64,000 nt of DNA, from NCBI RefSeq assembly GCF_001194135.2, contig NC_068982.1, forward strand, positions 155,640,698 to 155,704,697. Reading direction: 5' to 3'. The notes beneath the pieces were generated by a model. It did no database searches. It was not told where the DNA came from and worked only from the letters and a program-made list of their open reading frames with translations. The stretch is from Octopus bimaculoides (taxonomy: Eukaryota). Within the stretch, counting starts at the first letter, position 1; each line of letters begins with the position of its first letter. Shown here one piece after another: positions 12,390 to 24,879 of this stretch. The position numbers and the translations under genes are program-made.

Positions 12390-13081
12390 NNNNNNNNNNN
12401 NNNNNNNNNNNNNNNNNNNNNNNNNNNNNNNNNNNNNNNNNNNNNNNNNNNNNNNNNNNNNNNNNNNNNNNNNNNNNNNNNNNNNNNNNNNNNNNNNNNN
12501 NNNNNNNNNNNNNNNNNNNNNNNNNNNNNNNNNNNNNNNNNNNNNNNNNNNNNNNNNNNNNNNNNNNNNNNNNNNNNNNNNNNNNNNNNNNNNNNNNNNN
12601 NNNNNNNNNNNNNNNNNNNNNNNNNNNNNNNNNNNNNNNNNNNNNNNNNNNNNNNNNNNNNNNNNNNNNNNNNNNNNNNNNNNNNNNNNNNNNNNNNNNN
12701 NNNNNNNNNNNNNNNNNNNNNNNNNNNNNNNNNNNNNNNNNNNNNNNNNNNNNNNNNNNNNNNNNNNNNNNNNNNNNNNNNNNNNNNNNNNNNNNNNNNN
12801 NNNNNNNNNNNNNNNNNNNNNNNNNNNNNNNNNNNNNNNNNNNNNNNNNNNNNNNNNNNNNNNNNNNNNNNNNNNNNNNNNNNNNNNNNNNNNNNNNNNN
12901 NNNNNNNNNNNNNNNNNNNNNNNNNNNNNNNNNNNNNNNNNNNNNNNNNNNNNNNNNNNNNNNNNNNNNNNNNNNNNNNNNNNNNNNNNNNNNNNNNNNN
13001 NNNNNNNNNNNNNNNNNNNNNNNNNNNNNNNNNNNNNNNNNNNNNNNNNNNNNNNNNNNNNNNNNNNNNNNNNNNNNNNNN
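12390..13081. other. Assembly gap (692 N)
   Basis: run of N. Confidence 1.
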
Positions 13082-13154
13082 ACATGACAGAAACAAGTAA
13101 AGCAATAAAATCTATGCCATTTTCATCCCAAGCAAAGCCGGGTATCTCTGCTAG
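13082..13154 (+). mobile_element. Helitron 3' terminus (remainder presumably in the gap)
   Basis: CCCAAGCAAAGCCGGG hairpin, TATCTCTG, then CTAG|T; same architecture as the Helitron end at 63206-63234. Confidence 0.7.
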
Positions 13155-13232
13155 TATATATATAAATGTGTGTATACATATATGTATATAATAAAAAATA
13201 TATGAAGCATTATGAATAGTAAGAGTACTTAC

Positions 13233-13382
13233 TGCAGGCAAACCAGGAGGAACTTTGTCAGGTGAAGCCTGAAATATACTTATCAAGGTTGGTAAGAGAC
13301 GCTGCTGTAAAGGGGTAGTACAGTGGGCATTTTCAGCCAAAACTTTTACCATATCCTCCACCAAACTGACAATTAATGGGTC
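13233..13382 (-). pseudogene. IPO9: Orphan inverted internal importin-9 exon (DPLIVSLVEDMVKVLAENAHCTTPLQQRLLPTLISIFQASPDKVPPGLPA)
   Basis: 50 uninterrupted codons colinear with recalled human IPO9 DPVVASLAQDIF...[35 protein letters not shown] donor at 13232; TG rather than AG at the expected acceptor. Confidence 0.8.
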
Positions 13383-14533
13383 AAGAGTTGTCTCATGTAG
13401 GAGGACTAGAAAGTCCCTTTGATTGTATATCAGTTCATATTCAGTTACTATTCTCCTAGATGGGTAGATTGCATTGTTGATTGTAGTGTCTATATGTCTT
13501 GTTCAAATGTTTTCATTTTGGTATGGTTTTTGTTGTTGGATGACCTTCCTATGACCAAACAAAGTAGTATTGGATCTACTTTATCTATCACTGGTAATAG
13601 GGAGGTTATCACATGCAAGGAAAATAGTCAAGCTTGATCAATGTTGACCTTGGTCTATACAACAACAATAACATCAACAACATTCCAAAATAGCAATAAC
13701 AATTTAATTCTTCCTCTTTCTGATACAAAGCAATATAATTATTTATAAATCTCTTACAAACTAAATCATCATGATCATCATCATCATCACTATCATCATC
13801 AACGAATGTTAAATGATGATAATAATGATGATGATTAAGTTTGTGATAGATCTATGAGTTGCTAGGTGTGTTGGTGGAGGGGCACAGTAGCTTGAACTAT
13901 AAAAATAACTACAGTGTAATTATTACTATGGCAAATATTTTGTTAATAGATTTGTGGAAGAAGACAATAGTTACATAGGAAACACTAGGTCAAAAAATAT
14001 AATGAAAAGTGTGAGAGAAAGAAAAAGTGAAGCTGAAAATAACATTGTTATGAGGGGGAAAAAATGATTGATCAACAGGGAAATAAAATATACAATCCCG
14101 ATCATTATTTTACAAGAATAAGAGTAATATTACATCCTTATGGATAAACAAACACACTGCAACAGTGTAATAACAATATAATTGAAACAAACAGTAGTAA
14201 CCACATGGAACATAACAACTATCTTTTAAAAAACAGCAATTCAACATGCTAACTCAAACTGTAAAATTTGAACTCCAACTTTGAACTATCAACCTCAGAC
14301 CGCTACTATTTATATATAGTGGTCCAGTCCATTCTCGCCAGGGGGCATCATACTCTCACACAACAAGTAATTAGTATTACAGCGGAATGTTGTATTTCTG
14401 ACCACTAAACCATGAAACGGTAGGTGGTGGTGGTGGAACTTGTGATGAGCTTTGTCAGATGGTTTGCCCAGAGTTACAATACAGAAAACTGAAGTAAACC
14501 TGACATTATGAGGTCAGTTGTCCAGTACCTTAA

Positions 14534-14714
14534 TCCTTTTAAAGCCAACCTGCCTGAGACTACCTCTGCTTAAAGTAATCTAAATTAAAAACTTTCCATT
14601 ACAATTTCATATTAATTTATGTTTAAAATACCATTTTAATAATGGCAAAATTATTTTAATAAATTCTTTACTATTTTCAAAATTAAGTGAAATGAAGGCA
14701 TGGTAACAAAATGG
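14534..14714. mobile_element. TTAA-flanked MITE (family M2), uninterrupted copy
   Basis: TTAA at 14530 and 14715; ends ...ggtaacaaaatgg; aligns with 63548-63990 once the nested insert is removed. Confidence 0.55.
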
Positions 14715-14769
14715 TTAACATCAATCACACTCATTTTGCTTCTAATTTGAATTAAATACATAATAATAA

Positions 14770-15331
14770 TGGGTGAGCTGGCAGAATCATTAGAGCATTG
14801 AAAAAATGCACTGCAGTATTTGTTCTAGCGCTTTATATCTTGAATTCATATCCTGCTGAGGTCAACTCTGCCTTTCCTCTTTTGGTGTTGATAAAATAAA
14901 TTATCAAGTACTACATTCAATGATTTTGATCACCAGCCATCCCACAATTTCCAGGTCTTGTGCCCAGAATTATTATTATTATTAATTCTAACACAGACAC
15001 CAGGCCAAAAAAATTTGTGAGGGAAGAACAGTTGATTACATTGATCCCAATATAATTGGTGCTTCATTTCATTTACTCAAGAAAGATGAAAGGCAGAGTG
15101 AACCTCAAATAATAATGGTTTCAAATTTTGGCACAAGGCCGGCAGTTTGGTGGGGAGGGGCTAAGTTGATTACATCAGCCCCACTGTTCAACTGGTACTT
15201 ATTTTATGGACCCCAAAAGGTCGAAAGGCAAAGTTGACCCTGGTGGCAGTTGAAATTGGAATGTACAGATGGACAAATGCTGTTAAGCATTTTGCCAGGT
15301 GTGCTAAAGATTCTGCCAGCTTGTCATGTAA
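14770..15331. mobile_element. Cluster of three family-A SINE copies (14770-14975 +, ~14985-15105 -, 15117-15331 -)
   Basis: shared gagctggcagaa head and ggcaaagt(c/t)gacc core; last copy flanked by direct repeat tgaacctcaaataataat (15099, 15332). Confidence 0.75.
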
Positions 15332-15661
15332 TGAACCTCAAATAATAATAATAATAATAACTCTAGCATGAAGTTGTAGTAGCTGTTGTGTGGTGCATTT
15401 TTTTACTCACAAGGATTAGGTTGACACAGAGCACTCACAGAAGACATTTGATGCTATGCTGTATGATTGAATTCAGAATCTCATGTTTACAAAGCAAACT
15501 TGTTAATAATTTAGACATGCTTGCATCCATCAAATAATGCACTTGCACACATCCTAGTACAGGCATATATATATATAGATAGGGTGATAAAGTGAATATT
15601 AATTCAATTTAAAACCAAGTGGCCTAGCATATAAAAAAATCTGAAAATTCAGAAAAAATTG

Positions 15662-15805
15662 TATTCCACGTGTATAAGGGATGACCACTAGGTGGACATC
15701 CAATATGCTAGAAAGAGGTCATCAACGACCCAACCACAAAGAAAAATAATGTTCTCCAGAAAAATTTTGGATGTCCACCTAGTGGTCATCCCTTATACAT
15801 GTGTA

Positions 15806-15808
<3 letters not shown>
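15662..15808. repeat. 42-bp inverted repeat with 63-nt spacer (MITE-like, TA ends)
   Basis: 15662-15703 vs 15767-15808, 40/42 complementary. Confidence 0.9.
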
Positions 15809-15842
<34 letters not shown>

Positions 15843-15844
<2 letters not shown>

Positions 15845-15978
15845 AAGGGCATCCAGCTGTAGAAACTCTGCCAAATCAGTTTGGAGCCTGGTGTAGCCAT
15901 CTGGTTTCACCAGTCCTCAGTCAAATCGTCCAACCCGTGCTAGCATGGAAAGCGGACGTTAAACGATGATGATGATGA
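15843..15978 (+). mobile_element. Young RTE 3'-tail repeat copy embedded in (TA)n
   Basis: near-identical to 6915 and 25040-25170 copies; (TA)n on both sides. Confidence 0.85.
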
Positions 15979-16779
15979 TATATACACATATATATATAAT
16001 ACATACATATACACAAAAAAATATTGGTATGATACATGGTATATAAATGATACTGAATAGCATGGAGAAAGAGATACTGATTTAAAGATAAAACTGTAAC
16101 AATAAGCATTATGACTTCCAAATTTGGTCTAAAGCTAGAAATTAGTAAGGGAGAGTGTACAGTTGACTGAATGAATCTCATTATATTACCTGCAGTTATT
16201 TTATGAAGCATAATGGAAAGATAGGTAAAGATGAACCTAGTAGGATCTGAACTTTGAATACACAGATTGAAAGATAACAGTCTGCTAGGTATTGAGTACC
16301 AAGATGCTACTGTTTGTGCCATACTTTTGCTTTAGATACTGATAGTTAAATCCACTGATACCACAGTGCACACTGGTTTGGATTGAATCGATCCCATGGA
16401 ATGTCACTGTTACTTATTTTAATGCCACTAAAAGGATGAAAGGTCAAGTAATCCTGGTAGATTCAAATACATACTGTAACAAATAATATAAGTGGTACAG
16501 AGGAGATAGAGAGAAATGTTTCATAAGGGTGTGAAGAGAGATGTTTAGAGATTCAGAAGAGGTTAACTGCAGCAAGTGATGGTGAGAGAAATTGGAGTGG
16601 CTTGGGAATGCTATGGTAAATATATGAGGACACGGAGAGTGTGTATGGGTAGGTACATGAAGGTGTGTGGAGGGGCATGCAGGGGATGGTGCAGAGGAAA
16701 GGGTAGGAAGTTGAGTTGTGTGGGAGTTTTGATGGTGGGGACAGATTGTGAGTGGCCTCAATTCTACTTACCTTCACAT

Positions 16780-18460
16780 GTCTTCTCAAACAAAACGAAC
16801 TGTCAATTGTCTCGGTCTGTTATCATCTCCTCTGTAAAGCTCAACATCTGAAGATCATTTCTGCTCATGTCTTCCTGGGTCTACCTCTCCTGCAGAGATC
16901 AACACTTCTTTATACAGCTGTCCTCATCCATATGCATCATATGACCATATCAATGCAGTCTTCCTGGCACAAAACCAAACTGCATCTCAGCTAAGCTCTC
17001 TTCCTAATTGGTTGAACTATGACTCTTTCATGACCTGATCTAGTAATCTGATACATTTGTAATTATTTCTGTCTAAGGTATTACTTTTACCTTTGTAGCA
17101 GTTGACTATAGTGTTGCTACAGCAGTCATTGGATATGATACCTTCCAGGACTACTTGATTAAATATACAGGTGACTAGGCCATATCCAACTCTGCCAGAT
17201 ATTTTAAAGCATCTCAGCAGTGATTCCTGATGGGCCAGGAGCTTTCACTGTCTTCATACCCTTAATTGCATTATCTATTATGCTGCTATCAATTTGGATT
17301 GCTGGCCCCTCTGTTGGGTCCACAAGAGGAAAATTCTCCTTTAATGCATTCTTCAAATTTAGCAGCCTTTCATAGTGGCACTTCCATGCTTTCTTTGCAG
17401 AATCACTAAATGCAAGTGTACCATTGTCCATGCAAACACCTCTCTCCTAGAACATCAAGATTTTCTCTGACATGCTGTCTTGCAATCCAGAACACCTCAA
17501 GCCTCTGGTCCTCATGCCACAGAACAATGCCTAACTTCTTCCTTTCAGCTTCTCCCCAAACTAAATATACCTGTTTTCTAGCCCCCTGATATAGTTTTCT
17601 TCGACTGCCACTCTTCCAGTCCTGTTTCTTCACGCTAATGGCCCTGTCTACTACTCTGTTCCACAACCCTGTTATTCTAGGTCTAGTTGGAACTTTACAT
17701 CAGCTGCAAATTTGGTCTGGAGCACCCACTAAGTTGTCTCGTAGGAATTTGCAGCTGTCCTCCATTATATGTCACTATCTCCTCCTCTTCTTGCCAAATG
17801 CTTCAATTAGGATACCTCCAAATCTCTGACTATTCAAAGGATTCTTAACCTTCCAAATCTTCCTTTTCCATACTGGTTTGCTCCTTGGAATCCTTATAGC
17901 CTAAAATCTGAAGTCATAATGAATAACCTATGTTGAGTATGCACTCTTCAATAAGGAAGGTTTTTGTGTTTATAAGTGACTATCTTTCCTGCTTTTTAGT
18001 GAGAATGTAGTCAATCTAGATTGTGCATTCACCAGATTGATAAGTGAGTAGATGGCTGGCTGGTTTCCTGAAGCTAGTATTGCAGATCATTAGGTCATTT
18101 GCATTGCAGAACTCCATAGCCTCCATGTACACCATGGAAGCCACTCAGATGCTGCTCAACACACCCATAGAAGTTACCAGCCACAAAGATAAGGTCACTG
18201 TCATTTGTTATTGAAGTAGTCTGCAAAAGGGTGCCATAAAATTGATCTTTTGTTAGTCTGGCAGTCCCAGCTGAGGAGCATAGGTAGAAATAATAGTTAC
18301 TGTACTACTTTGGAAAACTAATCTAAGCATAAGGATCCTATCACACACTCTGACTACCTTGATCACCTTAGTCACCCATTTTTTGGAAGAAGTATGCTCA
18401 CAACACACTTGATAGGTACTTATTTTATTGACCTTGAATGGATGAATGAAAGGCAAAGTT
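16780..18460 (-). mobile_element. Degenerate, internally deleted RTE LINE
   Basis: minus strand RVCDRILMLRLVFQSSTVTIISTYAPQLGL (APE), KAWKCHYERLLN, KAPGPSGITAEML; mirrors 2940-4250. Confidence 0.8.
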
Positions 18461-20696
18461 GGTTCCGGAAGAATTTAACTCAGAATGTAAAGAGCTGAAA
18501 GAAATGATACTAAACATTTTGTCCAACGTGGTAATGTTTCTGCCAGTTATAACAATAATAATATCAACAACAACAATAATAGAGCCATGCATGTGTGTAT
18601 GGATGCATACATATGTACATACATTACATATATATGTTAGAGTAATTCAAATAATTAAAACAAAAACGAGCCAAGAGAAATAACTTGACAACAGCATAAA
18701 TTTAGATAACAAGGTGAGAAGAGAAAGGGTATACTGAATACCATAAAAGGTGAATTCTTGATTTATTGAAATTATCTTTGCCATTTGAGAAAGTAAGCAA
18801 TTACATAGTAGCAGTTGCAACCAACTCTGAAGAAGAAGGGGACATAATTTCAGGCTATTAACAATTCTCTGAAATTAACAAGCCAGCGTATACATTTATA
18901 TATCTATAATATGTGTAAGTGTGTGTGTGTGCTGATCTTTTACTTGTTTCAGTCATTAGACTGTAACCATTTAGTCGAATGAATCGACCCCAGTACTTAT
19001 TATTCTTGTTTATCCTGGTACTTATTCTGTTGGGTCCCTTTAGCTGAACTGCTAAGTTATGGCAACATAAACACACCAACACCAGTTGTCAAGTGTTGGG
19101 GACAGACACATGCACATAAATATATATATATACATATCTGCAATTATTTGCTAAGTGGTATGAATTTTACAATTTGTAAATAAAAATATTTTTTTATACG
19201 TTTAAAGCTTATAAGTGATCACTGTGTATTGACTAAGTTAAATAGTCTAATATTAGGGCGTATAAGTCCTTGGCAGAAAAAAGTAGGATTTGCCATATAT
19301 ATAAATTTAGATTGGAGCCTGGTGTTGCCATCCGGTTTCACCAGTCCTCAGTCAAATCGTCCAACCCATGCTAGCATGGAAAGCGGATGTTAAAAGATGA
19401 TGATGATGATGATGATGATAAAAGGCTTCTTTCAGTTTTTTTCTACCAAATCAGTTTGCAAGGCTTTGGTTAGCACTGAGGTTATAGTAGAAGACACATG
19501 CCCAAGGTGCCATAGTGGAACTGAACTCAGAAGCATGTGGTTAAGAAGCAAGCTTCTTACCATATAATCATGCCTGCATCTATAACATATATAAAATAAA
19601 AATTTATATGTTCTCTTAGCATTCAGTTCTATTTCTCCTGGTTGTTCACCAAACCTGTATTTTCATTTTTTTTTCTTTTTGTTCTTTTACTGCAGAGGAA
19701 AACTAGTGCCCAGGGCCCATTACATGGCTTCTAAGACTAATGGAAGGTATTGTCTAACTGGCCTGAATGATTGCAACAGAAGACTGTTAAAGGCATTCAA
19801 AGTATCATCAGATGGAGTCTTCCATCAAGTTGTTTTTTTCTCCTGTCTTATTGAAAGTCTACATGTGTGTTAAATATATATATACATTTTTTAAATCTGA
19901 AGAATCTATTAGAGTAGATGCAAGTGCTAATATATGATTTATAAAAACATGTGACATATTAATAAAAATCTGTAAATGTACAACCATCCAGATCTCTGAG
20001 TACCTTATTATTTTTTCTAATATATAATACCTGTACATCACCTCTAAACCTTCTAATATATATATATATATATACATACACATGTACATATACACACACA
20101 CACATATATGTATTTGTTTATTTATATATGTATATAGCATATGTCACTGCATTGATTCTGCCTGTAGTTTTATCTCCTTTATATGTCATTATGCTTTACT
20201 TTTAGTTTTTGTCTACAACCTCAGTGATATTTCCTATATCATAAGTATAACTAACTAGAAGAGTCGTCTTGGACTTTATACATCCAGAGTCTGATTTCTC
20301 TGGTTGATAAGGGGGATTTCCATGTTTATTTGTCCTTTGTAAATCTGTAAATCATTTCCTTACATTCCACACACACATCATGTAATATATGTACATAAAT
20401 AAAACAGGGTTTGATGGAATTAACAAAAAAAAATAGAACTCAGTACTGAAGAGCACATATGTGTGCGCTCTCTCTCCCTCTCTCTTTATATATATATATT
20501 CTTTTACTTGTTTCAGTTATGCTGGAGTACCACCTTGAAGGGTTTTAGTTGAACAAATCAACTCAAGGATTTATTTTTTAAGCCTAGTACTTCTTCTATC
20601 GGTCTCTTTTGCCAAGTTGCTAAGCTATAGGGATGTAACACACCAACAGCAGTTGTTAAGGAGTGATGGGAGGGACAAACATAGATACAAAGAAAT

Positions 20697-20826
20697 CATC
20701 ATCATCATCATCATCGTTTAACGTCCGCTTTCCATGCTAGCATGGGTTGGACGATTTGACTGAGGACTGGTGAAACCGGATGGCAACATCAGGCTCCAAT
20801 CTAATTTGGCAGAGTTTCTACAGCTG
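20697..20826 (-). mobile_element. Young RTE 3'-tail repeat copy abutting (TA)n
   Basis: near-identical to 12251-12389; truncated end joins atatatat run. Confidence 0.85.
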
Positions 20827-20841
20827 ATATATATATGTATG

Positions 20842-20912
<71 letters not shown>

Positions 20913-22217
20913 CGGGCTTTTGTCAGTTCCCGTCTACCAAATCCACTCACAAGGCTTTGGTTGGCCCAAGGCTATAGTAGAAAAGACTTGCCCAGGGTGT
21001 CACGTAGTGGGACTGCACCCGGAACCATGTGGTTGGGAAGCAAGCTTCTTACCATATGTACATATGCATACGTATATTTAATACCATGGTAGAAATGAAC
21101 ATTTTATTTGGGTTGAATCATCCTGAGGCAAGTTGTGACAACTGAAGATCCTGTATACCTACAGAGTAGCAAGAAGCTGACTTGACCAAAATAATATATA
21201 TATATATACATTTTCATCATCATTCGACGTCCTTTTTTTCTATACTGGCAAGGTTGGGCAGTTCGACAAGAACTGATGAACCAGAAGGCTGCAATGAGTT
21301 TCTACAGCTGAATGCCCTTCCCAATACCAACCACTTTACAGAGTGTACAGGGTACTTTTTTTTAGTACATATATATATATATATCTAATCGGCAGGAAGT
21401 TACAAAACTATCACAGAGGTCGAGAGTTTCATGCATAGCAAGTGATAAGTGACATACTCATATACACATCTGTTTGGAATCAAAAGAAACGAGTACTCAG
21501 TGAATTTATGTGCAGCATAAATTTGAAAGACACGGTGAATGAATTATAAGTTCGATACTCAGAGTTTGAAAGGCACGGGGGCATGCTTTTAATCGATCAG
21601 ATATCATGGATATTTCATCAATTAGACATGTTCATTTAAACCTGTATATTATTTAGCTGTATAGCTACGTAACTGACTTAGTGTGCGTGTGTGTATGTAT
21701 GTATGTCTGTCTCTCTGTATGTATGTGTGTATAATATATATATATACACACACAGACGAGTGTGTGGTGTGTGTATAGATATGTGTATGTCTGTAAAAGA
21801 TAATATAAACATCAAAAAAATTTGCCGTTAACTTTAATTATATATACAAATATATATACACGCACATTTCTAAAACTCTAATTCTACAAAAGAGCCATAT
21901 ATATATCTGTGTTTTCTTTATCAACAAAATGTTAATATTTTAGTGGGTGGAGTTTGAAATTTTTAATATGCACATGCACGTGTACGTGTAAATAACAAAC
22001 AACATGCACAAAGAAACACTCCAACACACACTGCGTCAGAAAACAGAAAATAAAGATGCTGCATGAAAAGTGTGAAAAAGAAATGAATATATATTTGTTT
22101 GAGGTTCAAGTAAAAATCTAAGAGAAGCTGGTTTCAAGATACCATACCAGCTTAGAAACTATTTCACTGGAGAAGCAATGAGACATAGTTGGGAAGTTTG
22201 TTGAAAGTTTATTCGGT

Positions 22218-22790
22218 TTAATTTCTGTTGTTATTGTTAACTGCAATAATTTGTTCGGTGAGCCAGCTAATCCCTTCACTAACACCATCACCGGTCAGTG
22301 CGTTACTAGAACAGATATGCCACGCTCGGATCTTAAGTTGGTCTAATCCTAACAGTTCGACGCATTTCAGCTTGGAAATGGAATCTCTCATATCCATCTT
22401 ATTAGCATAAAACAGCAAAGGGACGTGGCGGTTCTTGATATGTTGGTGTGTGAGTAAATGATCCAGTTCATCTTTGGCCACAACCATTCTTAAGAGGTCA
22501 CTACTATCGATGACGAAGATAATACCATGGCAATCCTTGTAGTAATGTTCCCATAGACTACGATAGCGACCCTGGCCTGACATATCAAAGGCCGAAAACG
22601 ACAAAGATTTTGTTTGAAATCGTTCCACATTAAAACCAACAGTCGGGACAATATCCTGAGATCTTATGTCCGAAGGTTTAAGATAGTTTAAAATTGTACT
22701 TTTACCACTGTTATCCAAACCGATGACTAAAATATTAGCCTCTTTCCGTTTCAAGCCGAACCATCGAGCAAGTGTATCTAATATTCCCAT
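22218..22790 (-). CDS. ARL6: ADP-ribosylation factor-like protein 6 (BBS3), single coding exon, 190 aa
   Basis: MG myristoylation start, GLDNSGKS P-loop, DMSGQGRYRSLWEHYY switch II, RMVVAKDEL, NKMD; intact ORF; AATAAA at 22208-22213 just after the stop. Confidence 0.95.
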   Translation of the reverse strand: MGILDTLARWFGLKRKEANILVIGLDNSGKSTILNYLKPSDIRSQDIVPTVGFNVERFQTKSLSFSAFDMSGQGRYRSLWEHYYKDCHGIIFVIDSSDLLRMVVAKDELDHLLTHQHIKNRHVPLLFYANKMDMRDSISKLKCVELLGLDQLKIRAWHICSSNALTGDGVSEGISWLTEQIIAVNNNNRN

Positions 22791-24879
22791 AATTAACTTT
22801 CAAAGGGAGAGATAAAACAGATTTCATATATTATAAATTTCTTATAGACGATATTCCAGAAAACTGTCGATTAAACACACAATTCAACAGTTCCATTAAC
22901 CAATCGTAAGTAGCACAGTAGGAAGTATCAAAGTCACTCCTGTAGCCATATGATGCTACTTTAAAGTTCGTTACTAAGCACCAATAAACAGTCCCGGGAC
23001 GATCAACATATCAACAATAAGTTGGAAAATTGTAATCAAAACCATTAAAATACCTTTGAAAATTATTATTTTAATTTTTAATTAATATTAGAGTTATATT
23101 TAAACCCTTTCTAAACTTATTTAAAACTTTTCAGAGAGTTTAATTGTTTGTTGATTTTACATGAGATTATAATTATTACCCGACATTCTTCAGTCGTGAC
23201 CTCTGTGTGTCAAGTTGTTATTGTTGTTCTGTAGTCCTAAGTCACCTCTGGCACACATGTCAATCGAACTTCTAGGTGCGTAAAACAAATTCTTATGTTC
23301 TATGTAATGTAGAGGTAAGATCTCTCCTACACCTATGAAGCGAGATCGCAATCTGGTTTCGATTCTTGGTTATAATTATTTTATTCCATTTACGTCATAA
23401 ATATCTATGAGTAGTATAAGGACAACAAACAATCTATATCCTTGTCTGTAAACCTGAGGTTTATGTAAAAAGTTAATTATTATATTAAATATTTTTTAAC
23501 AATACTTTTCGAGGTGTCTTTGAATTATATTTTGATTTTTTTTTCCAATATGAAACCAATGTTTTTTTTTCTTTATTAAAAATATGAGGTAAGGGAAATC
23601 AAGTGGACCAATGGCATGAATATGTTAAGTGGGGATATACTGCATGCCATACGTAAAAAAAAATACTCGATAAATTAAAATTTGCTTGTTTTAGTTCGAG
23701 AAAGAAAACGAAAACCAAGCGGTAACGGTTTTTTTTTTACCTGTCTCTTATTATCTAATCCTTTGGTTATCATTAGCATCCAGTGTCCAGTGTATACAGA
23801 CCCTCCTCATCACTGAGTCTTACATTTATTCGTTGAAAGTTCTTTATTTCATTAAATTACGCATCAATTTCTAGTACATTCTGCGTTACTGTTGACTCGT
23901 TTCATATCGGCTATCTCGCCAAAGAATAAACAGAGAATGGGAATGTGAAGATATTGTCCACTATGCAATACGAACTTTCGAGTCTAATTTTCATCCATGG
24001 TAGCTAATTTCATTTCCAAGTATTGAATAGAATCCAGTCCTTTCTTTACTTCTGTCGCCATTATCAAGAATACCATCCCTCGTTGTCACTAGACCCTTTA
24101 GAAATAGCAGTAAAGCCTCCCTTAAATAACACCCAACCTTTAAAAAGAAGTAAGGACATATGAAGTAACGTAGTCTTACTCCTAAAAAAAAAAAAAATAC
24201 ACGATTTTATCTGGAATGCTTTTTATCATGGATCTGCTATGATCCTTGTTTAACTCCAGTCTTGAATGAAGTTAAATAATAATTTTCTTTTGAATGTACA
24301 TAATCAGCCTTCTCATCATTCATTAAAAAAAACTGATTTTCTTAAGGCTTAGTTGGAAGCAATGTAGTACATATGGCCTTCCTCAAGGCCCCTAAAACTA
24401 CTGGGAAGAAGGGAGGAAGTTATCCTCAGACCAGCAACTTGGCTGAAATACTTACAACTGACTGGATGGACTCTGCTACAGGCATCTAAAGGCTTGATGC
24501 TTGCGTTAAATTTGGTGATGGATAAGACCTACCATTTAGAACAGGTAGGACCCTTTCAATAAGCTTTCATGTAGTATCTAGTAACTAAATTTACTCAGAT
24601 CAAACCCTTCCATCTTAAAAAAGGGACACATTGAACAATGAAGTATTAGATTCACAAGATAAGATCATCACAGATGGATTGCTTTTGATTATGTCAAATC
24701 AGGGCTAATCTGGGTTTAAACAACAAGAACAATACACACAAAACTGCTAATTTTATATCATATATTGCACAAACCACATTCACAATACCGAAATGTACAG
24801 CAACTGGGATATGTGAGGGGCAGAGTTTGCTATCACAAGCATTTCAGCCAGCCATTGCCATGACATATATATTTAAATT

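Noticed and set aside
12273-13191. Long ORFs of 238-363 aa in the track
   Set aside because: They are artefacts of translating through the N gap; only the 13233-13382 part is real coding-like sequence.
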